From NCBI RefSeq assembly GCF_000148385.1, contig NC_014537.1, positions 990,001 through 1,022,000 on the forward strand: 32,000 bases of DNA, given 5' to 3'. Made by a program: the position numbers and the translations under genes. Below the pieces are notes generated by a model. That model saw only the letters and a list, made by a program, of their open reading frames with translations. It was not told the DNA's origin and did not search any database. Shown one piece after another: positions 8,855 to 17,868 of the stretch; position 1 is the first letter of the stretch, and the number at the start of each line of letters is the position of its first letter. Source of the stretch: Vulcanisaeta distributa DSM 14429 (GTDB lineage: Archaea > Thermoproteota > Thermoprotei > Thermoproteales > Thermocladiaceae).

Positions 8855-10012
8855 ATACGTCTGCATCCACCTATCCTTCTGCACCGTGTAATCCCTCTTC
8901 GGCTCAGGATCCTTACTCGGCTTTGGTGGTTGTTGCGTGTAATCAAAGCCAAATTGAACACTTACAGTCTCCAACTTACCCTCAATATTACCGACGTAAG
9001 CCCAACCAACAAATGCGTACTGCACGGACACCCTCTCATTACTGCCCAGGTCCTCTAGGATCTTGTTAGTGGCAAACAGCGCGCTCTCGAACGCAATTTC
9101 CTGATTCTTTGGATATGGCAATTTTGCAGCATCACCAGCGGCAAGTACATCGTCAAACTTAGGGGTTCTCAGGTCTGTTGGTGACCTAACCTCAACCCAA
9201 TCAGCACCTAATCCAGCGTCCCTTATGAATGACGGAGCCCTGTTGGGCTCAAGCATCGCCAGCAGGTCGTACCTATACCTCTCACCGCTTTTCGTAACTA
9301 CCTCCCCATCACTCATCTCGACTATTTCCTGGTTCGTGATCAATTCAATGCCCGCCTTATCGTAGATTGACTTAACAACATCAGCTATCACGGGTGGTTG
9401 CGTCTTATCATTTGCATCAATATGTATTATCCTAACCTTATCCCTAACACCCCTATACTTAAGTATTGTATGGATGAGAAGCGCGGTTTCCGTCGGTGCG
9501 GGGGCACATCTATAAGGTGCCTTTGGTGCGTATACTACTACCGTACCCCCATTAATATTCCACACCCTATTCTTGAGAACGTGGACCCTACCTGGGTCAT
9601 AAACGTTGGCGTTCATGTACCAGTACTTATCATAGCCGTTTATTGATGAGCCGTCAAAGACCACGCCGGGTGCCAGCACGAGGTAGTCATAGCTTAAGCT
9701 CTTTATGCGGTTGCCAAGTAGTGTCTCGGTGTAGTTAACAACCCTATTGTTGGGGTCGATGCTAATTACGTCACCCGTAACAACATTGACACCCCTTAAC
9801 CCAATCTCTTCATAACCCCTGATGATCCTGCCGTACTCCTCCTCATTAGTTAGTAGTAATGGTCTCGTTGGTCCACCGATGTAGTGCCTATCCCTGGTTA
9901 TCACGGTGACTTCAACGGAGCCCTTAGCCTTTTCAATTAGTGTATTTGCAATTGTTAATCCTGCGATCCCACCGCCGACAATGACAACTCTTTTGCGGGG
10001 CATGCCCATCAT
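8831..10012 (-). CDS. FAD-dependent pyridine nucleotide-disulfide oxidoreductase, sulfide:quinone oxidoreductase-like
   Basis: N-terminal Rossmann motif [14 protein letters not shown]. Also a conserved Cys context [11 protein letters not shown] and a C-terminal LAAGDAA motif. The length and layout fit the SQR/NDH-2 family. Confidence 0.7.
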   Translation of the reverse strand: MMGMPRKRVVIVGGGIAGLTIANTLIEKAKGSVEVTVITRDRHYIGGPTRPLLLTNEEEYGRIIRGYEEIGLRGVNVVTGDVISIDPNNRVVNYTETLLGNRIKSLSYDYLVLAPGVVFDGSSINGYDKYWYMNANVYDPGRVHVLKNRVWNINGGTVVVYAPKAPYRCAPAPTETALLIHTILKYRGVRDKVRIIHIDANDKTQPPVIADVVKSIYDKAGIELITNQEIVEMSDGEVVTKSGERYRYDLLAMLEPNRAPSFIRDAGLGADWVEVRSPTDLRTPKFDDVLAAGDAAKLPYPKNQEIAFESALFATNKILEDLGSNERVSVQYAFVGWAYVGNIEGKLETVSVQFGFDYTQQPPKPSKDPEPKRDYTVQKDRWMQTYLRRLFGY

Positions 10013-10093
10013 GGCTTGGTTAGGCTACGTAAATATAAAGTGGGATCTTAAGTTAATGATATTGAGAAGGGTATCGCCAGTTCAGTTAAATTA

Positions 10094-11008
10094 TCACCTC
10101 TTCACCCTAGAGACGATCAGCCTATTACCCACGGCGTTGATTGTTAGTAATCCATCATCAGCCAGCCAGGCAATGTATGAGAGGAGTGCGGAGCGGTTCA
10201 GCAGGTAATTGTGTGGTGAATCAATGGTTATACCCAACGATGAGAGTAGCTTTACAATTAAGTCCTCAAGTACTACTTGATCACCGACATTACTAAGGAC
10301 GAGCTCCCTCAACCTATTTATTGCATTAATATTCTCATTAATTACGTTAATAGCATCTTGAGGCTTCATTACATCGCCGTGGGCAGGCACGACATACTCA
10401 TACCTAGTCACACCCTCGGAGAGCTTCCTAAGGCTTTCAAGCGCGAGACCGGCATTTAAGTGGTATGGCGCTCCGTACTTTCGTATGACATCAACCGGGA
10501 AGAACGCGTCAGCCGTGAACAGCGTATTTCCGTAGGCTATCCCGACCATACCCATCGTATGCCCTGGTAGTGGCATTACCTCAAGACTCACCTCCCTATA
10601 TAGATCGTCCAGTTCCTTAACCATTACGCCCTCAGCCTCAAGGAGTTTCGTCCTAAGTAACTTAGGTGGGAAGGAGCCAAAGAGATAAAGCGGTTCGAGC
10701 ACGGGCCTCTCTATGAAGGGTTTATCCTCCGGTGTCGCGTAGACGGTGGCACCGCTCCTCTTAACAATTAACGCGTTACCGCCGATGTGGTCCGCGTGAT
10801 GGTGAGTATTTATTATGGCGCGAACCCTTAGGTTTAGGGGTTTAATGGCGTTGAGTATTCTACGTCCTGAGTCCTCGTCAATCCCCGTATCAATTATCAC
10901 GCACTCATTATTATCTATAACTAACACGCCGGCATTCGTTCTACCAATCACAACGTAAACATTATCCGAAAGTCTCTGTAGCCTCTGCGTTTGCATTACT
11001 GATAACAC
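10094..11008 (-). CDS. metallo-beta-lactamase-fold hydrolase
   Basis: HxHxDH motif (INTHHHADHIGGN), with downstream LPGHTMGM, FTADAF and VPAHGD metal-ligand positions. Confidence 0.8.
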   Translation of the reverse strand: MLSVMQTQRLQRLSDNVYVVIGRTNAGVLVIDNNECVIIDTGIDEDSGRRILNAIKPLNLRVRAIINTHHHADHIGGNALIVKRSGATVYATPEDKPFIERPVLEPLYLFGSFPPKLLRTKLLEAEGVMVKELDDLYREVSLEVMPLPGHTMGMVGIAYGNTLFTADAFFPVDVIRKYGAPYHLNAGLALESLRKLSEGVTRYEYVVPAHGDVMKPQDAINVINENINAINRLRELVLSNVGDQVVLEDLIVKLLSSLGITIDSPHNYLLNRSALLSYIAWLADDGLLTINAVGNRLIVSRVKR

Positions 11009-11184
11009 ATTAAGTAGTTTATATAGTTTTTAAGTAATTCAGCATACCTATGGACGTAAATTGGTTTCAGCATTTTTGCTCAATAACTCAACGTTGATTC
11101 CAGGTTTCGCTCAGGTAGAAGAACAATAATCATTAATGTAATGTGCAACATCTAGAATACAGAATAATTGATTTTTAATGGGAC

Positions 11185-12231
11185 TCATTTAGTATTAAGT
11201 TTATATGGCAGCAATACGAGTGCTGCCGTTAGGGTTATCAGGGCTGCAGTTGTGAAGGCCCACTGTACAATCATCGATGTTAAGGGTAGCACCAGGAATG
11301 CCCCAGTAAATCTCCCGGCCTCACCCACAACGGTGCTTGTGGAGAACACCCCGGGTAGTACATCACTCCTCCACCTGAGTTGTATGAATGTTGTTATGGC
11401 TATTCCAAACATAGCCATGAAGAACCAGCGAGTTAAGGCGAGGGTCCAGGCAATTACGGGATTGCCCACGACGCCCATTAGGCCGGTGGTCGCAGCCATA
11501 ACAACTGTGGAGGCTATAGCAATGATTAATTCACGCCCCAGTTTCAATAGTCTACGGCCAAGGAAACCACTTATTATGCTACTTATTGGTGGTGCTGAAT
11601 ATATTAGGGCTAATTCGTAGGTATTACCCCTGGACCACATGACCATCAGTGCTGGGGTTAGGCTATAGGCTATACCCAGTAGGAACGAGTTAAGGTAAAT
11701 TAACCTAGCCTCGGAAAAGATGAGCCTCTCGCTCCTCCTATACTCAAACCGTGGAAGCAACAACGCTAGTAGGTAAAGGGGTATTGCTATGTAAAGCCAG
11801 GTGGGCTTAATGAATAAAGCCATCACAATGCCCATTAAGTCGCCCAGTGAGCCCATGATGACTCTCTCTGAGTTTACACGACCAAGCCTCTCCTTACTGA
11901 CTAGGCCTGGGATTACTGAGGATGTATGGACACTTAACATACCCATAAGCAGCGCGGTGGTGAATAAGCGTAGGTAAGGAAGGTTAATGAGAAGGAGGAG
12001 GGACGTAAAGGGATAAAGAGCCCTGGCGGTCCTAACCCTAACCAGCGCGAAAGTGGCGAGGCTTGATAATGAGTAGGCAATAGTCAATAGAAATAACTTA
12101 AATCCATTAGAACCCGCAGTAAATAAAGCCCATAAAAACACATACGTAAACAGAAACCTACTCAATAATGATAGCGAGTAAATAATAGTCATCATAATTA
12201 TGTTGTACTTTTCACTTACTGCTTTAATCAT
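11185..12231 (-). CDS. polytopic membrane transporter, MFS-like
   Basis: About 10-11 hydrophobic spans. The track ORF extends to 12315, but its first 28 codons are AT-rich low-complexity sequence, so ATG 12231 (MIKAVSEKY) is the more plausible start. The MFS assignment is tentative. Confidence 0.55.
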   Translation of the reverse strand: MIKAVSEKYNIIMMTIIYSLSLLSRFLFTYVFLWALFTAGSNGFKLFLLTIAYSLSSLATFALVRVRTARALYPFTSLLLLINLPYLRLFTTALLMGMLSVHTSSVIPGLVSKERLGRVNSERVIMGSLGDLMGIVMALFIKPTWLYIAIPLYLLALLLPRFEYRRSERLIFSEARLIYLNSFLLGIAYSLTPALMVMWSRGNTYELALIYSAPPISSIISGFLGRRLLKLGRELIIAIASTVVMAATTGLMGVVGNPVIAWTLALTRWFFMAMFGIAITTFIQLRWRSDVLPGVFSTSTVVGEAGRFTGAFLVLPLTSMIVQWAFTTAALITLTAALVLLPYKLNTK

Positions 12232-12342
12232 AAAATTTACAATAATAGAAGAGAAACTCCTTGCGCTAAAAATTTTCTTCACTCTTATTTTTAAATTTAA
12301 GTTATAACATAACATAAAATATTTATGTTTCTCGATATGAAC

Positions 12343-13548
12343 CTAAGCGTAATTAAGTGCTTGGTTGAGGTCGTTGATTATGTCCTCAGGGTCCTCAAGA
12401 CCCACGCTCAGTCTAAGTAGGTTGTCCTTAATGCCCGCCCTGGCCCTATCCTCAGGGCTCCAGTGTACGTGTGTTGTGCTTGCTGGGTGTGTTATTATGC
12501 TCTCGGCACCTCCAAAGCTAACGCTTGGTATTATCATCTTAACGTGTTTATAGACGGCCATGGCTTCCTTCAAGCCACCCTTGACCTCAAAACTAACCAT
12601 GCCACCGCAGTTACTGAGTAGTTTCTTCGCGACTTCGTAGGTCTCGTGATTATCGAGGCATGGGTAATAAACCCTCTCGACCTTTGGATGGTCCATTAAG
12701 AATTCAGCTACGGCCTTAGCGTTTTCCTCGTGGGTCCTCATCCTAATGTGGAGTGTCTTCAATCCCCTATCAACTAGGAATGCCGTGAAGGGCTCCATAA
12801 TCGTACCAAGGAACCTCCTCCACTCCCAAACACCTTTAATCCTATCGTCACTTCCAACTATGAAGCCCGCCACAACATCATTATGCCCACTAAGGTACTT
12901 GGTGGCGCTGTGAATCACGAAGTCTGCGCCATGACTAATCGGTGTAATGCCCATTGGGGTGGCTAGGGTATTATCAACAACGACCACGGCATTAACCTCA
13001 TGGGCTGCCTTAACTATCTTGGGAATATCGTAAACCCTAAGGAGTGGGTTTGAAACGGACTCGATGAACACGACATTAATGCCGCTCTTTAGGGAATTAA
13101 TGACGTTATTGGTGCCCGGGTCTGTAATTACCGTCTTAATGCCGAACTTGCTCAGTCTCTCCATGAGGACTAGTGTTGAGCCGTAGACGTCGAGGGGCAT
13201 GAGCACGGTGGAGTCCCTGGAGAGGAGGGCCATCATTAACGTGGTTATTGCAGCCATACCACTGGATGTCCCGAGGGCATCAACCCCATGCTCAAGCTCA
13301 GCCACTTTACTCTCCACGGCATGAACCGTTGGGTTATCCTCCCTACTATACTTAAGCGGTACTACGCCATGCAATGACGGCCTTCGCTCGGGCTCCCTAT
13401 AATCGAAGAGTGAGGTTTGGTAAATGGGTTCAATGATGGAGCCCATGTTGTCATCAACATGCCTCACACCTCCACGCACACTCTTTGTGCCCTTACCCAC
13501 GAAGCTCACGATTTTGACAGAGGTATTAAGTATTGCGTACCTAATCAC
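12343..13548 (-). CDS. PLP-dependent Cys/Met-metabolism enzyme (cystathionine gamma-synthase/gamma-lyase/O-acylhomoserine sulfhydrylase family)
   Basis: EPIYQTSLF near the N-terminus, the PLP-lysine motif HSATKYLSGHNDVVAG, and C-terminal SFGGAESIITHPASTTH and LLRLSVGLEDPEDII. Confidence 0.88.
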   Translation of the reverse strand: MIRYAILNTSVKIVSFVGKGTKSVRGGVRHVDDNMGSIIEPIYQTSLFDYREPERRPSLHGVVPLKYSREDNPTVHAVESKVAELEHGVDALGTSSGMAAITTLMMALLSRDSTVLMPLDVYGSTLVLMERLSKFGIKTVITDPGTNNVINSLKSGINVVFIESVSNPLLRVYDIPKIVKAAHEVNAVVVVDNTLATPMGITPISHGADFVIHSATKYLSGHNDVVAGFIVGSDDRIKGVWEWRRFLGTIMEPFTAFLVDRGLKTLHIRMRTHEENAKAVAEFLMDHPKVERVYYPCLDNHETYEVAKKLLSNCGGMVSFEVKGGLKEAMAVYKHVKMIIPSVSFGGAESIITHPASTTHVHWSPEDRARAGIKDNLLRLSVGLEDPEDIINDLNQALNYA

Positions 13549-14380
13549 TGATTTTTGACCTAATATTCATTTCAATCTCCTGACTAATCTCACGCCCCCT
13601 CCTCGCAGTCTCCTCAATCATCCTCATAATCAAGCCCCTAAGACCACCCTCCTCAGCGACCTTAATACCCCTAATGGTGACACCGCCAGGTGTCGTAACC
13701 TCCTCAATCACCTCCCACGGCCTTCTGAATTTCAGCAACTCGGTGCTTGTTTCCAACGTGCCAATAGCCAACTCCCAGGAAATGTCAGTCGGTATGCCAA
13801 GCAGTAATCCGGCTTCCCAGAGGGCCTCGAGTATCAGCGCCATGAAGGCAGGCCCTGAACCGCTAATGGCGGTTATCGCGTCCATATAGCGCTCATTAAC
13901 GACAATACACCTACCCATGGAGCCGAATATACCGCACGCCCTCTTAATATCGTCATCAGAGGTTCTCGAGCCTGGCGCAATGGCGGTCACTCCCCTCTCT
14001 ATCACAATGCCTATGTTCGGCATTGCCCTAATCACCTTAGAGGGCACGACACCCTCAATAATACTGGTAGTAACCCCCGCAACCACGGAGATAAGTAGCT
14101 GATCGCTATTAAGGACGTTGCGTATTGGCATTAGGGCATCAAGGACTTGGTAGGGCTTAACGGCTAGTATTACTATGTCCGCATCTTTAACGACCTCCGC
14201 ATTATTCGTAGTCACGAACACACCAGGTAATTCATGCCTAACCCTATTGATGCTCTCGACTCTCCTAACACTACCACTTATATTCGAAGGATCAACGCCG
14301 GACTTTATTAGGGACTTGGCTATGGCAGTGCCTATTTTACCAAGCCCGATTATTGCATACCTGGCAATAAAACCACCCAA
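13541..14380 (-). CDS. proC: pyrroline-5-carboxylate reductase
   Basis: IGLGKIGTAIAKSL (NADP Rossmann motif), ILAVKPYQV, VIRAMPN, and TTPGGVTIRG. The gene has a TTG start, with a ttataaat box (reverse complement of 14401-14409) about 25 nt upstream. It overlaps the next gene by 8 nt, which suggests an operon. Confidence 0.88.
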   Translation of the reverse strand: MGGFIARYAIIGLGKIGTAIAKSLIKSGVDPSNISGSVRRVESINRVRHELPGVFVTTNNAEVVKDADIVILAVKPYQVLDALMPIRNVLNSDQLLISVVAGVTTSIIEGVVPSKVIRAMPNIGIVIERGVTAIAPGSRTSDDDIKRACGIFGSMGRCIVVNERYMDAITAISGSGPAFMALILEALWEAGLLLGIPTDISWELAIGTLETSTELLKFRRPWEVIEEVTTPGGVTIRGIKVAEEGGLRGLIMRMIEETARRGREISQEIEMNIRSKISD

Positions 14381-14438
14381 TGCAGTGCAATGAACTACCT
14401 ATTTATAAGCATTGCGTGGGTTATAGATAATATAGATT

Positions 14439-14492
14439 AGTCAGCCCGGTGATCAACGTCACAGGTCCAACGGCTAGGATCTCATCACCAAA
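14439..14492 (-). ncRNA. candidate C/D-box sRNA
   Basis: The minus strand reads GTGATGA (C box, rc of 14482-14488), then the 12-nt guide gatcctagccgt. Next come tgga (D'-like), cc, and tgtgacg (C'-like). A second 12-nt guide ttgatcaccggg follows, ending in CTGA (D box, rc of 14441-14444). The spacing is canonical for archaeal C/D sRNAs, but the internal boxes are degenerate. Confidence 0.5.
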
Positions 14493-14526
14493 ACCTTAAA
14501 ACCAGGGTCTCTCTTTAAACAGTTAT

Positions 14527-14580
14527 TGGTGATGAGGTTCAAGGGCCGTGAACGATGAAGTCAATGGCGGAGTGCTGACC
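14527..14580 (+). ncRNA. candidate C/D-box sRNA
   Basis: GTGATGA (14529-14535), then the 12-nt guide ggttcaagggcc and gtga (D'-like). An acgatga or atgaagt C'-like box follows, then a 12-16 nt spacer and CTGA (14575-14578). This candidate is less canonical than its neighbour. Confidence 0.4.
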
Positions 14581-14599
14581 ATTAAATATTTAATAATTC

Positions 14600-15367
14600 A
14601 TGTTGGGGCTGTGTATCATGAACCAGTTAGTAATTACGGCATTGTTAATACTGGGGTTAATAATTGCGGTGCTGATTTATGAAATGCCATTCATATACGG
14701 CAGTGCGTACACCGCGCCGATGGAGTTAGGTAACGACTCATTAATAATTGCCATATCAGACCTACACCTGGAATCGAATGAGAGGGACCTGGGCTGTATT
14801 GGCAATTACCTGAGGGGCTTAGGTGAGGATGGCATTTACCTAATCATCAATGGGGACCTATTTGACAAGGCGCATGGGCAGGTACTAGGTCAATCCCACA
14901 TTACTGAGTTAATACGTCGCCTGGGCCTGGCGGGCATTAGCGAGCTGAGGGGGGTTGTCTATGTGATGGCTATGTACGACCATGACCCGAGGATAGGCTA
15001 TGGTGAGGTTAAGTACTTCATAGATGGTGTTAATGTTAGGGTAGTTCGTGGGGTGGTGAAGCTTGTCATAGGTGGTAGAACCTTTTGGTTTCTGCATGGT
15101 GATTACGTCGTTAAGAATGGGCTAATTGCATCACTGATAAATAAATTATTTAGTGGTTCATACGATAAGTTAGTTAGGTTTGCCGTGAGGGCTGGGGAAG
15201 GTGATTGGGTCGTGATTGGGCATACACACGTACCCGGCATAAACACTGAGTTACGCGTGGCCAACACTGGTTCGTGGATAAATAGGTTCATAAGTGCCAC
15301 AGACACCGCAATAGTTATTGATGGGTCAGGCAATGTGAAGTTAATCAATATTAAGTGTAGTTCTTGA
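14600..15367 (+). CDS. membrane-anchored metallophosphoesterase (LpxH-like layout)
   Basis: N-terminal TM span (LVITALLILGLIIAVLIY) followed by ISDLHLES (DxH), INGDLFD (GDxxD), FLHGDY and VIGHTHVPG (GHxH). Confidence 0.75.
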   Translation: MLGLCIMNQLVITALLILGLIIAVLIYEMPFIYGSAYTAPMELGNDSLIIAISDLHLESNERDLGCIGNYLRGLGEDGIYLIINGDLFDKAHGQVLGQSHITELIRRLGLAGISELRGVVYVMAMYDHDPRIGYGEVKYFIDGVNVRVVRGVVKLVIGGRTFWFLHGDYVVKNGLIASLINKLFSGSYDKLVRFAVRAGEGDWVVIGHTHVPGINTELRVANTGSWINRFISATDTAIVIDGSGNVKLINIKCSS

Positions 15368-15374
15368 CCGTGCT

Positions 15375-15397
15375 CTATGGTTTAGGTGAAACCATAG
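15375..15397 (+). terminator. perfect 9-bp hairpin just after the stop codon of the phosphoesterase gene
   Basis: ctatggttt-aggtg-aaaccatag, followed by atttaaatt. Archaeal termination mainly uses T-tracts, so the function is uncertain. Confidence 0.25.
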
Positions 15398-15430
15398 ATT
15401 TAAATTAAGAGTTCCAGTGCATAACCTGTA

Positions 15431-16240
15431 GTGTCACTGGCTGAGGAGATAAAGAAGGTATTAATGGAGAACCCCGGTATTCTAGTTGAGGTTCTCGTTT
15501 CCAAACCTGAGATTATCTACCAAGCCCTGGCCAAATTAATGCCATGGCAAAACCTAGCCACAAAGCAAGATATTGAGGAATTGAGGAAGTACGTAGATGA
15601 TAAATTTGAAGAATTAAGGAAGGAGATGCAGGAAATGAAGAACACGATGTCAACAAAGGAGGAAGTCAGGGAATTGAGGCATGAGGTTGAGGATGTAAGG
15701 AATAGAATGGCAACTAAGGAGGAGACTCAGGAACTAAGGAAGGAAATACAGATGATTAAGGACACAATGGCTACGAAAAACGATGCCGAGGAACTGAGGA
15801 AGCATGTTGATACTCAGATTAAGTTCATATCCGTTAAATTAGATGCCCTTGGCGCTCGATGGGGCGTGGTTAATGAGGATGCCTTTAGAGATGGTGTGAG
15901 GGAGATCCTTAAGGATGCAGGTTACACAGTTGAGAAGTGGCTGTATTACGACGCAGACGGTTATGTCTATGGGTACCCAAGCGAAATAGAGCTTGATGTG
16001 ATCGTTAAGGACAAGATTATTATGGTTGTGGAAATATCATCAGCAATAAGGAGGAGTGACTTAATCATCATTAGGCGTAAGGCCGAGTTATACATGAGGG
16101 TCACGGGCAAGGCAGTTGATAGGGTATTGGTGGTGACGCCGTACATAAGCGATAGAAACCCAGATTACGTAAGGGTTATGGCCGAGAGAATGGGGATCAA
16201 GGTAATAACGCCGGAGGGCATGGTGGGGCAAGGGCAGTAA
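15431..16240 (+). CDS. coiled-coil repeat protein with C-terminal PD-(D/E)xK nuclease-like domain (DUF3782-like)
   Basis: Four tandem [AS]TK-x4-ELR-x-x-[VI] heptad-like repeats (ATKQDIEELRKYV, STKEEVRELRHEV, ATKEETQELRKEI, ATKNDAEELRKHV). These are followed by GARWGV...GYPSEIELDVIVKDKIIMVVEISS, which has the D...E-x-K/S layout of restriction-endonuclease-fold proteins. The gene has a GTG start. Confidence 0.6.
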   Translation: MSLAEEIKKVLMENPGILVEVLVSKPEIIYQALAKLMPWQNLATKQDIEELRKYVDDKFEELRKEMQEMKNTMSTKEEVRELRHEVEDVRNRMATKEETQELRKEIQMIKDTMATKNDAEELRKHVDTQIKFISVKLDALGARWGVVNEDAFRDGVREILKDAGYTVEKWLYYDADGYVYGYPSEIELDVIVKDKIIMVVEISSAIRRSDLIIIRRKAELYMRVTGKAVDRVLVVTPYISDRNPDYVRVMAERMGIKVITPEGMVGQGQ

Positions 16241-16846
16241 TCATGGGCGTTTAATCTCGGTGGTCAGTAGGGCTATACCAATCATTAACCAGGCAATTAG
16301 TAATAGAATTAGACCAATGAACACCGGCATCAATACCGCACCCACTATGTAGAGTAGCCCACCAATCCTAACGTAATCACTTCCAGTGTATGCATAGGTC
16401 CTCCTGGCAATGCGGTACATGAAAGCCGCAGAGATAATCAATGGTATGGATGCAAAGGCCCCAACAATCATCACTAACTCCATCAATTGTAAAAGCTCCG
16501 TGAATTGCGTATACGTATAACCAACAATGCCACTAGGTCCATAATGAACACCAGGTATGCCGATGGCGTGGGCAATCATCATGACCACCATGGAGAAGGC
16601 AGGGTTGTGAATGAAGAAAAGCAGGAATAAGCCCACGATAAACACGGCAAACGCCACTATGGTCAGGATAAACCAGGCAATCGCATCGCTCCTCAATGCA
16701 TTATCACGAAGATTACCCGCGATCTCGATAATCCCCACGAGGAACATGACAATACCAGCAATGCCAAGCGCACCATAACCAAGAAAGCCTACACCAGCGA
16801 GTACGGCGCCAATGCCCGCCACAACCTTAGCATTGTTTAAGTCCAT
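16241..16846 (-). CDS. polytopic membrane protein (DUF996-like, tentative)
   Basis: 201 aa with 5-6 TM spans and no catalytic motifs. The family guess rests only on size and topology. Confidence 0.55.
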   Translation of the reverse strand: MDLNNAKVVAGIGAVLAGVGFLGYGALGIAGIVMFLVGIIEIAGNLRDNALRSDAIAWFILTIVAFAVFIVGLFLLFFIHNPAFSMVVMMIAHAIGIPGVHYGPSGIVGYTYTQFTELLQLMELVMIVGAFASIPLIISAAFMYRIARRTYAYTGSDYVRIGGLLYIVGAVLMPVFIGLILLLIAWLMIGIALLTTEIKRP

Positions 16847-17115
16847 ATTAAATAATGAGTGTAGGGCGTCACTATTTAATCCTTAAGTGCGTGATGATTC
16901 GAGGCAATACATGTAGTACAATTAATTAATTCAAGGTGTAATGTAACCCAGGTTTAATAAAGGCATTTGATCATTAGTTATGTAATACGGTATGAGCTTC
17001 TATGCGTAATTGAAATAAAGCCTTGAGTGAGGTGGTGCGGGTGCGCGCACCGGGCTATGGTATAAATACTATATGTATAATAATTGATTAAATAAATAGT
17101 TTATTTATTGATTAA

Positions 17116-17835
17116 ATGCTTAGTGGCCTGAACCATGGTTTACACGGGCTATATAGTATGTGCACTAGGCCTATGTCCCTTGGCCTTTTAGGCTATTTTG
17201 TTAATTTAGAGTGCTTGGGTATGGATGAGGTGCTTATTGGATTTATTGGCGTGGTGATCACGGTAGTGGTGTCGGCAGTGTCTACGGCATATTGGTTGGG
17301 CAGTAAATTTAGGGGTATTGAGGATAGGCTTAATGAGTTAAGGAAAGGGTTAAGTGGCGTTGAGTCTGAGTTAGGTGGCATAAAGGTTGAATTAGGTAAT
17401 GTCAAGGCTAGGTTGGAGAGGGTTGAGGATAGGATTTCACGGCTTAGGAGGTCTCTCCTTGATTTTACGACAACCATACGCGACTCCCAGGAGTTTATGA
17501 TTGAGATGCTGAGTTACGAGGGCGTGTCAAGGCCTGAGGCAGCCTCCGTCATTAGGGGCGAGTTGAATAGGCTCCTTGAGTCCTTGGTTGGCGGGGTCAG
17601 CGGTAATCCTTTGACGAAGGAGGAGTTTGAGGAGATTAGGAGGTATATTCAGAAGGATGAGTTGACGCTTGAAGAGGCGTATAGGTTTAAGGAGCTTGCC
17701 TGGAAGTTGGTTAGGGAGTATAGGTATAGGTTTCCTGACGTGTGGAAGATTTATTGGTACGCGGTGGCTTGGATCGGCTGGGCGGCAAGGCTTGAGAAGG
17801 AAAGAAGTGCCGGGGGCGGTGGTCAGGGTAGGTAA
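17116..17835 (+). CDS. TM-anchored coiled-coil protein, unknown function
   Basis: The likely true start is ATG 17221 (MDEVLIGFIGVVITVVVSAVSTAYWL). It has one TM span followed by the coiled coil LNELRKGLSGVESELGGIKVELGNVKARLERVEDRISRLRRSL, a Trp-rich C-terminus and a GGGGQGR tail. Confidence 0.55.
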   Translation: MLSGLNHGLHGLYSMCTRPMSLGLLGYFVNLECLGMDEVLIGFIGVVITVVVSAVSTAYWLGSKFRGIEDRLNELRKGLSGVESELGGIKVELGNVKARLERVEDRISRLRRSLLDFTTTIRDSQEFMIEMLSYEGVSRPEAASVIRGELNRLLESLVGGVSGNPLTKEEFEEIRRYIQKDELTLEEAYRFKELAWKLVREYRYRFPDVWKIYWYAVAWIGWAARLEKERSAGGGGQGR

Positions 17836-17868
17836 TGGTTGAGGGCCCATCATCAAGGAGTACCAGGC

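Noticed and set aside
11168-11620. Antisense/shadow ORFs across the window (e.g. 596..790, 2461..2736, 11168..11620, 13674..14393, 17193..17959, 17873..18331, 19036..19398, 23225..23767, 26424..26798, 28032..28529, 29850..30266)
   Set aside because: Each lies wholly inside a longer ORF on the opposite strand or in another frame that has clear family motifs or membrane topology. Their products are low-complexity or Ser/Pro/Leu/Thr-rich, as is typical of shadow frames.
16891-16897. GTGATGA C-box-like motif in the 16847-17115 spacer
   Set aside because: There is no CTGA D box within 30-70 nt downstream and no C'/D' pattern.
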